Positions 24,796 through 37,400 of a stretch of DNA of 64,000 nt are shown piece by piece. Below the pieces are notes generated by a model. That model saw only the letters and a list, made by a program, of their open reading frames with translations, was not told where the DNA came from and ran no database searches. The stretch lies in contig NC_134033.1 in the NCBI RefSeq assembly GCF_964204645.1, positions 1,012,131 to 1,076,130 of the forward strand, read 5' to 3'. The translations under genes were made by a program, and so were the position numbers. The first letter of the stretch is position 1. Each line of letters opens with the position of its first letter. Origin of the DNA: Tubulanus polymorphus. Taxonomy: Eukaryota > Animalia > Nemertea.

Positions 24796-25992
24796 CTAAA
24801 TCAATGAATTACGTCTAGACTTATAGTGACATTTAGTAAACATTCGGTTTTTTTTCATTCGGCAGGGAAGTTTCCAGTTCCCAGGCGCCATTTTGATGCG
24901 GTCCCACGGATCCTGCATTTTTGGACAGATTTTAACATTTTTTACTCTAAAACCTTCAGCACGATTTATTGTCGTCCATCTCCCTTTTGGCACAAAAATG
25001 AAACCTATGTATCGTGAGAAAGGCGACAATTTATATTTTCTGATGGAATTTATTGCATTTCCTCGTCTGCGCAACAATCGGACACAGTCAAAGTTTAAAA
25101 AATACGTCACTTTTAGAAAGGTTTATTACGTATGAAACTAAGACACTTTACGGCTGCGCCGATAGACTCTGTGCCTGTTATTTTGGCCAATTCAAATATC
25201 TTAGTAGAAGGGTCTAAGCCCAAGCGAGGGCAGGAACTACTTAGTTTACTATTCTCAGTGAAAAAAAGGGTTGAAATTTGAAATTGCATGCAGTTATTTT
25301 GTTGTTAATTTTCATTTATGCTTCAAAGTTCTAGCAATAAGTTCTGGCCACCGCCGGTACCGGTAAATCGGACTAAACTAAACCGTACGGTGCTGCCACC
25401 TAGTTTACGGTCCGTATCCGCGATTTACGTGTTCGATATTTTGGGGGAACCCGGAAAGAAATCCCGGTTGTTTGTTTGTTTGGATCCGTGAATTTGATCG
25501 GGAAACATGTTGTCGATTTCTATTCAAATGAAATAGATGTGATCGTTATTGGGGTAAGAATTGAAGAAGGGATTGGGGGTGGGGGATCGTCGGTCTGTCT
25601 GTTACGTCAGGAAGAGTTCAATTCAAAAACTGAAATAAATTTTAATTTTCCCGAAATCAGAAACAGAATTGAAGAAAAAGGCCCTGCCTTGTTTTGAAGG
25701 CAGATTTATAAAACAACCTGCCTAAACTCTTTTCCATTTTTTTCTACTAGACTAGAGTGTAGAGATTACAACAGCAGCTGCATCGACCGGTGTTGACTGA
25801 TCAAATGGAATTACCTGGTTGACTTATCGACTGGTTTTGGCTGATCAAATGGAGTTAGCTGGTTGACTGATCGACTGGTGTTGGCTGATTGAATCGACTG
25901 GTTTTGGCTGATCAACATGTTGGCTGATTGAATGGACTGATCGCCTGGTTTCGACTGATTGACCCGTTGACTGATCGACCAGTTGACCCGCG

Positions 25993-27123
25993 ATGTCATC
26001 AATAATAAGCAGCTTCACGAACTCCGTCATTCTAAAAACCCTGTGGATATTTTGCCTTTTCATCGGCGCGTTTCTGATCGTTTTCAACGGTACCGATTTA
26101 CGTGATTGTCTCCGCTCGACCGCGACCAGTCGATGTCGACTGTTCTCCGAAAACCGGTCGATCCCGTCGGTCGTCACGAGATTCGACCTGTCGGTGCGCG
26201 ACGCGATATCGCCGTCCGTCGTTTGTACGTTGATTCGTTTCCCGCGCGGGACGACGACGCCGATCTGTCTGTTCCCGCCCGACGACGATCTCTACCTGTC
26301 GGCGGTGATTTTAAGGGTGGGGTCGTACGAACCGCAGCTGACGACGATCGTCGAGCTGATTCTCGACCTGGATCGCGATTTGGATTTTTTGGACTTCGGT
26401 TCAAACGTCGGCGTTTATTCGTTGCTCGCGTTGAAAATGGGTCGACGAGTCGTCGCCGTCGACCCATCGGTCGACAATCTGAAACGACTGCGCAAGTCGA
26501 TTCAGCTCGGTCGTTTCGCGACGGATTGCGCCGAGTTGTTGTTGAACGCGTTGTCCGATGAACGCGGCGTTCTAAAGTTCGAACACGACCCGATTAACAA
26601 CGGGGCGTCGTCCGTCGCCGAGCAGACGGACGTAGACAAGCAGACGCATGGAGACAAGCAGACGCACGGAGACAAGCAGACGCACGGAGACAAGCAGACG
26701 GATGGAGATACGAACCACAACAACGCCACCTTTGTTAACGCGATTACACTAACCGATCTCGCGTCGGTCATCACGTTCAAACGTGCGTTCATGAAAATCG
26801 ACGTTCAAGGTTACGAAGCGCGGACGTTCACGAAATTAGCCGAATTTCTCAAACGGGTCGACGTGCCGTTTATAATGATGGAGTGGGTGTGGATAAAACG
26901 CGGATCGAGCGGACGGTATTTAGTCCGGCTGATGGCCGAACTCGGATACGTCTGCCATAACCTCGACACGTCGCTGAAGCCGAACGCGCGACCTTGCAAA
27001 GGTCATCATCTCACGTGGGGATTCGACGTGTTTTGGGTTCGTGAGAATTCGTCCGTTTACGCGCACGGTCAGCTTACCGGCGCCACCTGGACAGAAGCGT
27101 GTGAACTAGCTCAAATCGGTTGA
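25993..27123 (+). CDS. FkbM-family (Methyltransf_21) SAM-dependent methyltransferase, type II membrane protein, 376 aa
   Basis: N-terminal TM segment (LWIFCLFIGAFLIVF), SAM motif FLDFGSNVGVYSL, VVAVDP, NALSD, MKIDVQGYE. Single coding exon with an internal 18-nt GDKQTH repeat. Confidence 0.88.
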   Translation: MSSIISSFTNSVILKTLWIFCLFIGAFLIVFNGTDLRDCLRSTATSRCRLFSENRSIPSVVTRFDLSVRDAISPSVVCTLIRFPRGTTTPICLFPPDDDLYLSAVILRVGSYEPQLTTIVELILDLDRDLDFLDFGSNVGVYSLLALKMGRRVVAVDPSVDNLKRLRKSIQLGRFATDCAELLLNALSDERGVLKFEHDPINNGASSVAEQTDVDKQTHGDKQTHGDKQTHGDKQTDGDTNHNNATFVNAITLTDLASVITFKRAFMKIDVQGYEARTFTKLAEFLKRVDVPFIMMEWVWIKRGSSGRYLVRLMAELGYVCHNLDTSLKPNARPCKGHHLTWGFDVFWVRENSSVYAHGQLTGATWTEACELAQIG

Positions 27124-27339
27124 TGTTATCGAGAGATTTAGTCGTAATTTTGAAATATTGGCACGCATTGAGGTCAGTTTATTCTTGAGGTTTCGATTTT
27201 AGAAAATTTAAATGAGGGATAAATGAAGAAATCCCACAAACTTTGATTCAGGGGTTGAGCAATAAGGGGCCTACAGTATTCTGTGTGTTAAGTATTCTGT
27301 CCTAGATAGGCCTAGGGCCTAACAGGGTAAGGTGGGGTA

Positions 27340-27530
27340 CAGGGCTGTACATAGGGGGGGGCAGTTGCCTCATCCAGAAATAATAGGAATTTAATTTTGT
27401 TATAGGCCTAACAGAGTTTCTTGTTTAGGCCTACGATAAGAATCGCTTTATCAGTTTTTTTGTTTTGGTAATTGCCCTTTCTTGAGGTTTCTACGCCCCT
27501 CCCCAAATTCAAATACCGAGTACAGCCCTG
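27340..27530. mobile_element. hAT-like MITE
   Basis: CAGGGCTGTAC / GTACAGCCCTG TIRs; no clear 8-bp TSD. Confidence 0.6.
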
Positions 27531-27799
27531 CGGTATTGCGTTTATTTTCGCGCATTTTTAGAAATAATCCCAGTAGTATTATTTCGTATTATATTTTATT
27601 TTACTTGTTCGAAATTAATTTGTTATAACGTTTAAACGTATTTCTAGTGAGGAACGCAAGTTGAAAACCGTCCTAAAAATGCCAAACATACCCGTGCCAA
27701 CTGTGACTGTCAATCGATCTCATCTTATATCGATCGCTATCAATGCAACCAGTGGTAATCAAAACAGCTTCATTATTGTGGCATTTACCAGGAGCTGGT

Positions 27800-28070
27800 G
27801 CCGCAGTTCCACTATTCAGGATTTGGTCACACAGTTAGCCCATTTCCACACTTACTCTATCCAGTTCCACAGTTCAGGACGACCCAGTTCCACAATTACT
27901 AAAGCCAGTCCCACAGTTCTGGATTCAGTTCCACGTTTACTGGACACAGTTCTGGACTTAATTCCACAGTTCTGGACTTATTTCCACAGTTCTGGACTCA
28001 CTTCCACAGTTCAGGACTCAGTTCCACAGTTCAGGACTCAGTTCCACAGTTCAGGACTCAGTTCCACAGT
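27800..28070. repeat. ACTGTGGAACTGG-family 20-bp tandem repeat
   Basis: CAGTTCCACAGTTCAGGACT units. Confidence 0.85.
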
Positions 28071-28327
28071 AAAATTTAAGTAAAAATTAACTGGTTTCTG
28101 ATGGTTAAATTTAACCAACTATAGAACGTATGGTCTGATCTGATCTGATACCCCCTAATTTATAGGTCTATGAATCCTGCCCTATAACTACATTTCAATG
28201 TAGGCTCATAACATATGTAAAAGTATTTTTTCCTTTGACAGCTTTAGCATTGCCATATCCGGGGCATTTATTAGGAGCCTTGGCCTGGGCCATTGACTTG
28301 CTGTGGTCCTTCATTTTGCCAAAATTT

Positions 28328-29033
28328 GGGCTAAAATAAAATGATACCTTGTTTCTCGTAATCGGGCAGATGTTAACTGCAATAAAATTTCTATGCATTT
28401 CATTTCTACACCTGCCGGGTCTGTTATTATTGTTAGATTGTTGATCAGATTCAGTATTCTAAAAAGTCATAAACAGGGTGTAGATAGTCGGCCGGCCGGG
28501 TCAACTTTTTAGCTCAGCAGAAATGAGATTTTACAAGGTATCAATCTATTTTAGCCTTTATAGAATATATTGTAAATATTGTTTATATTCATATTTAACA
28601 AGGGGTTCGATTCAGTTCATTCACTCCGATGGAATTCATTTGACAGTTTCTCAGTAGCATAAGCGATAACTAGATTAAACACTACGCATTTTGCCCGGCG
28701 AGGTAGAGGGTCGTATAGGGAAGGCGCAGGACCCTCGAAATGTCGAAATGCCCTGAGATTTTTAATCGAAAAATGAAAAATATTCCTGCCATTCTCTGGC
28801 CGATCCTAAGGCTAATCAGAAATGATACCTTGTTTCTCCGCAGCGGCCGGGTCATTTTTGTAATAAAATATGATAAAATTTATAAACAGTTCATTTCTAT
28901 AGCGGCCGGGTCTGTTATGGTGAAATTGATCACGATTTTTAAAAAAGTAATGTATAGGGTAGATAGGCGGCCGGCCGGGTCAACATTTAAGCTCAGCAGA
29001 GCGGAGAAACAAGGTATCAATTTTTTTGGGCCT
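28328..29033. mobile_element. Two copies of one ~230-bp MITE (28328-28557 and 28809-29033)
   Basis: Each has TIRs GGCT..AATGATACCTTGTTTCTC / ACAAGGTATCAAT..GCC and a shared internal GCCGGGTCTGTTAT...CGGCCGGCCGGGTCAAC. Confidence 0.75.
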
Positions 29034-30842
29034 AATTATGGATGAGGATGAGATTATGTCGCTGTAGAAACAGGCATCTCGCGGAATTAATTCTGTCTCA
29101 ATCTCCTCGAATTCAAATAGAGTCTCGCTCGCTATTTCACTTTTAATATCGAGTACTGCTTTATTCAAACAGTCAATAAATTATAGCACTGATATATATA
29201 CACATATATTATGTACACACAGATAGATATGTAACAGAACTGTGAATTAACATTATTCAACGAATCATAATCCATTTCCACGACAGCTGTAGTCGGTTCT
29301 ATTTCATTCTGGATCCGGTTCCGCAGCTGGGCGGATTTAATTTCACTCCACCCCCGATTCCGCAGTAGGTTCAACTCGACACGGGGATCCAGTTGTGAAG
29401 TTGTGGTGGTTGACCCACGTGCGGCACGGTTGAACAGCCGGCGTTTCAATTTGACGCCCAGTAACACTTAAGTCGTCATCATCTCCCCAATTATCGATCT
29501 CCGCTGCTAGAATTCATAATTGAACTGTTGAAAAAGAAATTGGTCTTCAGTCTAAAGCATTGACTAGGGAACCGGGCCTAGGTCACTGGGTCATAAGTTA
29601 TTCCATATAAAACCAGCCCAAAAAAAAATTTAAACGAAAATTTTTGCTCCAATTGTTACGTATTTCATGTTTTCATTGCGGCCAACAATTCAAACCAGTT
29701 CAGAATATTTTTCAGAAATAGTTAATGATGTTATTCGGACGATGACCTGCAGGTCAGTCGCTGAAAAGTTGGTTTAAGACAACCGGCGGATAAATACCTC
29801 AATAAACAATGAATTTTTGATAGTCACTTAGTCAACTATCCACTGGTTAATCTTAACCAACTTTTGAGTAGGATGTTGTCGTATTATTGTTGTATTTGTT
29901 ATGATACATGCTCAATCGGAAAACGAAATAAAAAAACACGTTAGTTTTTTTTTGTATAATTTCAATCGAAATCTTTCTTTTCTATCTTTCGTTTTCTAAT
30001 TTCATGAATAATAATTATAATAACGATTCGATATTCTAATGACGATCAGCGGAAAGACGAAAGACGATCCGTCTGCCTCAGAGGGCGCCACCTGCGCCGA
30101 ACCCAACCCCCACGGCTAATGAAAGAACGATATTTGGACGGAGATATTAGATTTACACGTAAACATACACAGGAGACCATCACACCCCTCAGATATTGCA
30201 AAGTGCGAAAAATGTGCTGATAAAAATATCCGGTGTTTGTATTGTAGTTCACCGTCAATTAAAACATGTCTCGAATGAAGTCCCTAAACGCTCACAAATT
30301 GTATGAATATCTGAGGTTTGCAGGATGCAGGATTTTCAGCCAACTGTTCCTGATTTTCAGTATTTGTTACTATTTCACAACGAGAAATACTGTTTAGATT
30401 TGTTTGATGCCTACAGAAATGTGAAACATGTTACCAAAGGTCTTACTGTTGATTGCCAATTAATTAGAACATTTTCTTTCATATAACAATGAAATGTCCC
30501 TGAAAGAAATTCAATTTGTTACCGATGGCACTTTTCAGAGGTGTTGGCAGCACTGAAACCTGCAGAGAATGTTTTGAAGTTTTTGACGAGTTATTACTTA
30601 CAAATACACTTGATTATCTATTCTAATGACGTAACATGGCTAGTTTTTCACCGAGACAAGGGTTTTAAATTTCACTCGGATTTAACTCGCAGTTGTGGAA
30701 GGAATCGGTGAACGATGATCAAGTGGTCAATAGATCGAGTTCGAACGAATGAATTCTACCCAGAGTCGGGTCTAAAATACCGAAGGTGAAATGACTAAAT
30801 GCCTAAACGAACTCGAATGAAATTTCGAGAATCGGGAATTAA

Positions 30843-31450
30843 CCCTTTCTGCGCGTCTACACACCGAAGTGCAATGTATAAATCGGTGATGGACTTTGTT
30901 TATACACCGCATCAAGGTGTATTGGTGTTATTAGTAATAAGTTTATGTTTATATTAGAAAGATGGCAGCACCTGTCAAACATAGTGATAAATTAGTAACT
31001 AATGATTCTGCGCTGTAGATACACTAAATAGTGTGGTATTAGTAACTAATGATTCATCGCACCGCGGTGTAGATACACTAAATAGTGTGGTATTAGTTAC
31101 TAACAATACGCCGCACTGCGCTGTAGATACACTAAATAGTGTGGTATTAGTAACTAATGATTCATCGCACCGCGGTGTAGATACACTAAATAGTGTGGTA
31201 TTAGTAACTAACAATACGCCGCACTGCGCTGTAGATACACTAAATAGTGTGGTATTAGTAACTAATGATTCATCGCACCGCGGTGTAGATACGCTAAATA
31301 GTGTGGTATTAGTAACTAACAATACACCGCACCGCGCTTTAGATACACTAAAGCAGTATACCCGTTATTCAACACACTGCAGTGGAATCTTTTAAAATTT
31401 TTACATTATCTCCAGCACTTAAGTGCATTAACTAGTCAGCACTGAAAGGG
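30843..31450 (+). mobile_element. piggyBac-like MITE with an internal 54-bp satellite expansion, in the GCC2 3' UTR
   Basis: TTAA|CCCTTTC...GAAAGGG|TTAA; 54-bp units start at 31015, 31069, 31123, 31177, 31231, 31285 and 31339. Confidence 0.9.
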
Positions 31451-31473
31451 TTAAAAGAGTAGTTGTTCACTGT

Positions 31474-34400
31474 CTAAGTTAACCCGGACCACCGATGTAA
31501 ATATGAAGTCCAGCCCCCACTCGCCGCAGTAGCCTCTACGACGGCCGTCTCGTCGCCATCTGAAAACGACGAAAACAAAAATAGTTTAAATTGCGGCTTA
31601 GATTTGATTTTCTGAAGAAAAAATTTTCTGAGTAAATTACCGTGAGCGATTTTAATCATTTGTTGTTTTTCGTCGGGACTCAGTTTCAGCATCGTCGTTA
31701 AGACTGGTATCAATTGTTGCCTCTCGTCGCCGGCTTTCAGTGATAGAAACTACAAACATAAACAGGAGAACGTTACACAATGATATTAGGTAGTTAAGCC
31801 ACCAGAGCTCCTCTGAAGTAAAGTTTAAATAGACTTTAGAATGTCAGTCGCGTAACAAACCTTGAGAATGATATTTTTTAGAAAACTAAAGTTTAAATAG
31901 ACTTTAGAATGTCAGTCGCGTAACGAACCTTGAGAATGATATTTTTTAGAAAACTAAAGTTTAAATAGACTTTAGAATGCCAGTCGCGTAACGAACCTTG
32001 AGAATGAGATTTTTTAGAAAACTAAAGTTTAAATAGACTTTAGAATGTCAGTCGCGTAACGAACCTTGAGAATGATATTTTTTAGTAAACTGAAGTTTAA
32101 ATAGACTTTAGAATGCCAGTCGCGTAACAAACCTTGAGAATGATATTTTTTAGAAAACTAAAGTTTAAATAGACTTTAGAATGCCAGTCGCGTAACAAAC
32201 CTTGAGAATGATATTTTTTAGAAAACTAAAGTTTAAATAGACTTTAGAATGCCAGTCGCGTAACAAACCTTGAGAATGATATTTTTCAGATATTCCATAT
32301 TAGACACGGCCGTTTCGCGTTCCTGATTTCGCTCCAAACGTCGAATTTCTTCTTTCAGAATTTTCGCCTGCTCCGTCAGACGCAGTATCGTAGCCTCGTT
32401 TTCGTTCACCAGCTACAAACATTTTAAACGTTGCTAAATTCGCTAATCATAATTTTACTGAATTTTTGAAAACAAATGAGAATCAGAAACATACTATAAT
32501 CTTATTGAAGTTACATCGAGAATGAGTAGCTAATAATAATTTTACTGAATTTTTGAAGTAATCGCGAATAAGGTCTTCATCAGTAACTAATAATAATTTC
32601 ACTGCATCGCTGAAGGTCATTGTTAGTAAATATACATTTTCACATAATAACCATAAGTGTTTTACACAACAGGTTCTTAAGAGGGGCGGCTGACCCTTTT
32701 ATTTTTACATCCACCCCTCTGAAAATCCGCAACCCCTAATATCTTTAATATCTTCTGCCCCTACCAGAATGGATGTCATTATTCTATATCAATGCTGATA
32801 ATTACTTTGAAGTACATTATCAATATATTGTGAAACAAAATGAAGCTAATATCAAATGGTCTGTATTTTTTGGGGAATAAGCCTTGCTATTTCAGCAGCC
32901 GCGATGTCATACACTTAACAATGAATACAGCCCCGAATTCCAGCATCTGGAGAACACTAGTAACCATGGTAATAACGGTAAAGTATTATGACTCACTTCG
33001 TTTAAATGTTCGATCTTTTTCTCGGCTTTCGACAGATTTTCGCGCACGGCTTCGTCGTCTGCTATTGAACTTCCGGCTAGACTCCGCGGTCCTGAAATAT
33101 AATCGAAAAACTCGCTCGATCATCCGCGATCCTCGAACGACCTTGAACGTCGATATAATCATACGTCAGCTCACTTACCATAAGATTCAGATGGTGACAT
33201 CAGCAGTTGATCGAACGGTACCAGAGTTGGCGTACTCGGAACGGAATTCTGAAAAAGACACACAAAAAAACATTCTAAATCAAGGTGCTCGAAAGTCCAG
33301 ATAATCTGAACAAAATTTCATCCAGTTTTATTTCAAATTTTTGAATTTTGCAGTTAAATATTCACCAACTGATCAGCATCAGGATGTTCCATACCCTGAA
33401 ATACGAGAAGAAAGAACGTTATAATCACTATACGCCCGGTGAGAGACTGAGTTCACACTAGCGCCACCTAGTGGATCCTACATTGCCATAGTAGCACTTA
33501 TCAGTACAAGAGAAGACTGACTTCATACTTAACTAGCGCCACCTAGTGGAAACTCAATTGCCAGAGTAGCATTGGAAACTGAATTACAGCCACCTAGAGA
33601 ATATTTTATCCCCAAATCTTCAGACTTCACACAAGTGCCACCTAGTGGTGACATTGTAACTCACCTCTCCCTGCTGTCGTTCTTCCTGCTGTACGACGTG
33701 CACGTGCTGCACGTATTCGGGAGTTATACTGCATTCCGCGTGCACCATTAACTGTTGATATTGTTGTTGTTGTTGTTGCTGGGATACGACCGGCGTTGTC
33801 GTCTGCTTGTGGTAGTGCTCGCGTTGCAGTCGCAACAATTCATTCTCGGTGATCTCCATCTGTTTCCGTAGCGACTCGGTCTCGCGGTGGTGTTCCGTCT
33901 GCAACGTTTTCATCTGCTCCTACAAAGGTCAAGGTCGTCTGGTTAAAATTGAATTCAAAACTGTTTTAGTCAATTGTTGAAGTCAAATTCTACCCCACAA
34001 CAATGGAACTGACTCTCGCAGTCATATTCTACCCCACAACAGTGACACTAATTGACTTTTGGAGTCAAATACTACCCATATTGCATTATTGCTTTTTGGG
34101 GTCAAATCCTGCCCCACAACTAAGACACTGATTGACTTTCTGAGTCAAATCCTACCCCAAATTCAAACTACCCCCAATTCAAACATTTCGCTAGTATTCA
34201 AATTCAGATTTCTCGGAAGAGTTAACTTTAAAACTGACCTTGAATGTTCGCGTAATGGATTCGTTTTGGAGACCAAACTGACGAATGGCTTCAGCGTGTT
34301 CTACTGAACTCACAGACGTCTTCGCCGACAACTCATCAATCCTTGAAAATTATGCAAATTTCAGGGAATTTAATTTGATTCACTTGATTCCAAGATTCAA

Positions 34401-37400
34401 AGTGGGAAAAAAACTTCATGAAATTCGTTAAATTCTTACTTTTCCTTCCAAGCGAGTTCCTTCTCTTGTAAATCCTGTATGAGTTTCGTAATTCTCAACT
34501 GCAGACGTTCGTTCTCATCCTGGAACATCTCGGTCTCGCCAACAGAGGTCGCTAGTTGTTCCCTAAAATCAGACAGACATGATTTCATATTGAACATGGC
34601 CGCTCTCATGAAATCTCCCTATCCCCACAGCTTCAGAAAAAGATGGCCTACTCCATTAACCCCCCATGACATCATCATATTGACACTACTGTTTTGATCT
34701 ATAGACCCTATAAAAAGATGGCCGACTCCATAAATCCCCCTATGACATCATCATATTGCCACCAGTGTTTTGACCCTCTGAAATGATCCCCGACTCCATA
34801 AATCCCCTCATAAATCCCCTTACGTCATCTTAATAAATTTTCATTTTGTTGAGCAACTTACTTTGTTTCATGAAGTTTAGCCCTGAGTTGTTCAACAACT
34901 TTTTCCAGTCTCTCCCTACGAGAAAAAGAAAAGAATTCTCAGAAATTAAATCTTTCAATTAAAAATATCTAAGTTCAAATCTGATGAGTTGAATATTTTT
35001 CTCACCTCTCTTGTTTATCAAAATCTGAAGTCGTGTCAGTATTTTTAGTTTTCTGTTGTTTCAAAACGCTATGAACTCGAATCTAAAAATATACAGAAAT
35101 ACCAGTTGAAAATACCAGATCCGGTCCGAGACCCCCGCAAGTCCAATGAAATCAGACACACCTTATACCCGTCGTACTCCGCCTGTAAAGTTGTCAGTTC
35201 ACTTTTCGTCAGTTCTAAATCTTCGAGCGACGTTTGTAATTTCGTTTCAAGCGTTTTCAACGAGCGAGAACTCGTGTCTTTTGAATTTCGAATTTTCTCG
35301 TTCAACTGTTGGTTTTCAGCCGTCAGATTCGACATCTGAACCTGAAAAACGCGAAAATAATCGACAATAATTCGACAAGAATGAAGCGGATCTTAAACTG
35401 TGGAACTGGATCCAGAACTGTGGAACTGAACGCTAAACTGCAGAACTGGATCCAGAACTGTGGAACTGAACGCTAAACTGTGGAACTGGATCCAAAACTG
35501 TGGAACAGAATGCTGAATTGTGGAACTGGATCCAGAACTGTGGAACAGAATGCTGAATTGTGGAACTGGATCCAGAACTGTGGAACAGAATGCTGAATTG
35601 TGGAACTATGAAGACCTAGACTTTACCTTTGTTTCTTCTACAGTTTGAGCAGACGCCTCGAGTAAAGCTTGTAGCTCGACATTTGATTTTAAAAGTTCAT
35701 TTTCTTGTTTCTTTGTTTCTGCGAGCTCCTTCTTCGTTTTGATCAACAGTTGTTTCAGTTTTTTGCCGTGATCTTCCTCTTTCGCTTTCTGGATATCGGA
35801 ACTTTCTAAAATACGAGAATAGGTTCAAATTGTGCCCTCTTTGTGAATGGCCAGTGATTTTACTGACCTTGTTTAGAGTGACTGGTGATTTTAGTGGCCT
35901 TGTTTAATGACCGGTGATTTTACTGACCTAGTTTACAGTGACCAGTGATTTTACTGACCTAGTTTACAGTGACCGGTGATTTTACTGACCTAGTTTACAG
36001 TGACCAGTGATTTTACTGACCTAGTTTACAGTGATCGGTGATTTTACTGACCTAGTTTAGTGACCGGTGATTTTAATGACCAAGTTTACAGTGACCGGTG
36101 ACTCTACTGACCTAGTTGAGTGACCAGTGATTTTAATGACCTAGTTTACAGTGACCGGTGACTCTACTGACCTAGTTGAGTGACCAATGATTTCACTTTC
36201 TCCTCCAGATGACCAATGTCCACTTTCAATTCGTCGATGTACTTATCCCGATCGGCCAAACTTTCATTCATATTCTGTACGGTTCTCTCGTAATCAGCCA
36301 TTTCTAGATCCATTAAACTGTTCTGCTTTCTTTCCTAAAATATATCCATGAAAATACTGAATATATTTCATACACAGGCTTTGAAAAGTAATACATAGAG
36401 GCTTTCTTGTTTGCATGGATAATTATTTTCCTGTTTGCATGGACAATTGTTGTCCTGTTCGTGTGGCAAATCATTTTTCTGTTTTAAGAACCGATCTTAA
36501 GGTATACGACCACCTCCGAATAACAGTTACGGTACGTGAATATGGTACAGCGACCCTAGCTCCACCGGGGAGTTTTTCATCAAACGGTTTTTAAATTTTA
36601 CCTTGTCGGCGTTCGACAATCGTTCTTCGGTTTCTTGAATTTTCGTCTGCAGTTTGTCGACGATCTCCGCGTGTAACGAGGCGTCTTTCTCCGTCTGAGA
36701 CTCGAACTGTTTTAATTTCACTTCCAACTATAAATACAACATAATACACGTACGGCCGATATGTACAGACCTCACTTAACTTCAGGGGCTAGTTTTATAG
36801 ACAAGGGGCTAGTTTTATAGACTGGTTGAATTGAAAATGAACTGATTTAGCCCACGGGTTAAAGTTGATATCTGTCTAAGCCCCAGGGGCCGGTTGCATA
36901 GTCATGGCTTAGACGTAAGATCAGCCTAAGACCAACTTAGTTCTATAGCCAATCTAACAACTGAAGACCAGTCTTAAGATTTAAGAGCACTTTTGGACTT
37001 AAGTCACAACTGTGCAACCGGGCCCAGGGGTCGGTTTTATCAACTGGTTTCACCTTTAACCCAGGGGTAAACTCAAGCGAAAATGAATTAAGTCAGCCCC
37101 CTGGTTAAAGGTAATACCAGTCTATGAAACCAGCCCCTGGGTATTGAATCCAGATTCACAATTATGAGTTAACTTTTTGAGGCAAGTCTTCGGATAGGCC
37201 TACTACCCTCAGGATACCAGGATACTGCCAAAATCAAGCCCCAAAAACTCTCACCTTTTCTTTATCGCTGTGAAACTGATCTTTTTGTACTTTTTCTGCG
37301 TCACGTTCTTGGGTCATCGACTTCAATGAATTTTCCAATTCCTGTCGGGAGGTGAAGGAATGTTCACATTTTTGTAAAATGAAATAAATTTTTTTGCGAA

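Noticed and set aside
25993-27123. FkbM gene as bacterial contamination
   Set aside because: Flanked by host repeat families, with no operon context and a eukaryote-style type II membrane anchor.
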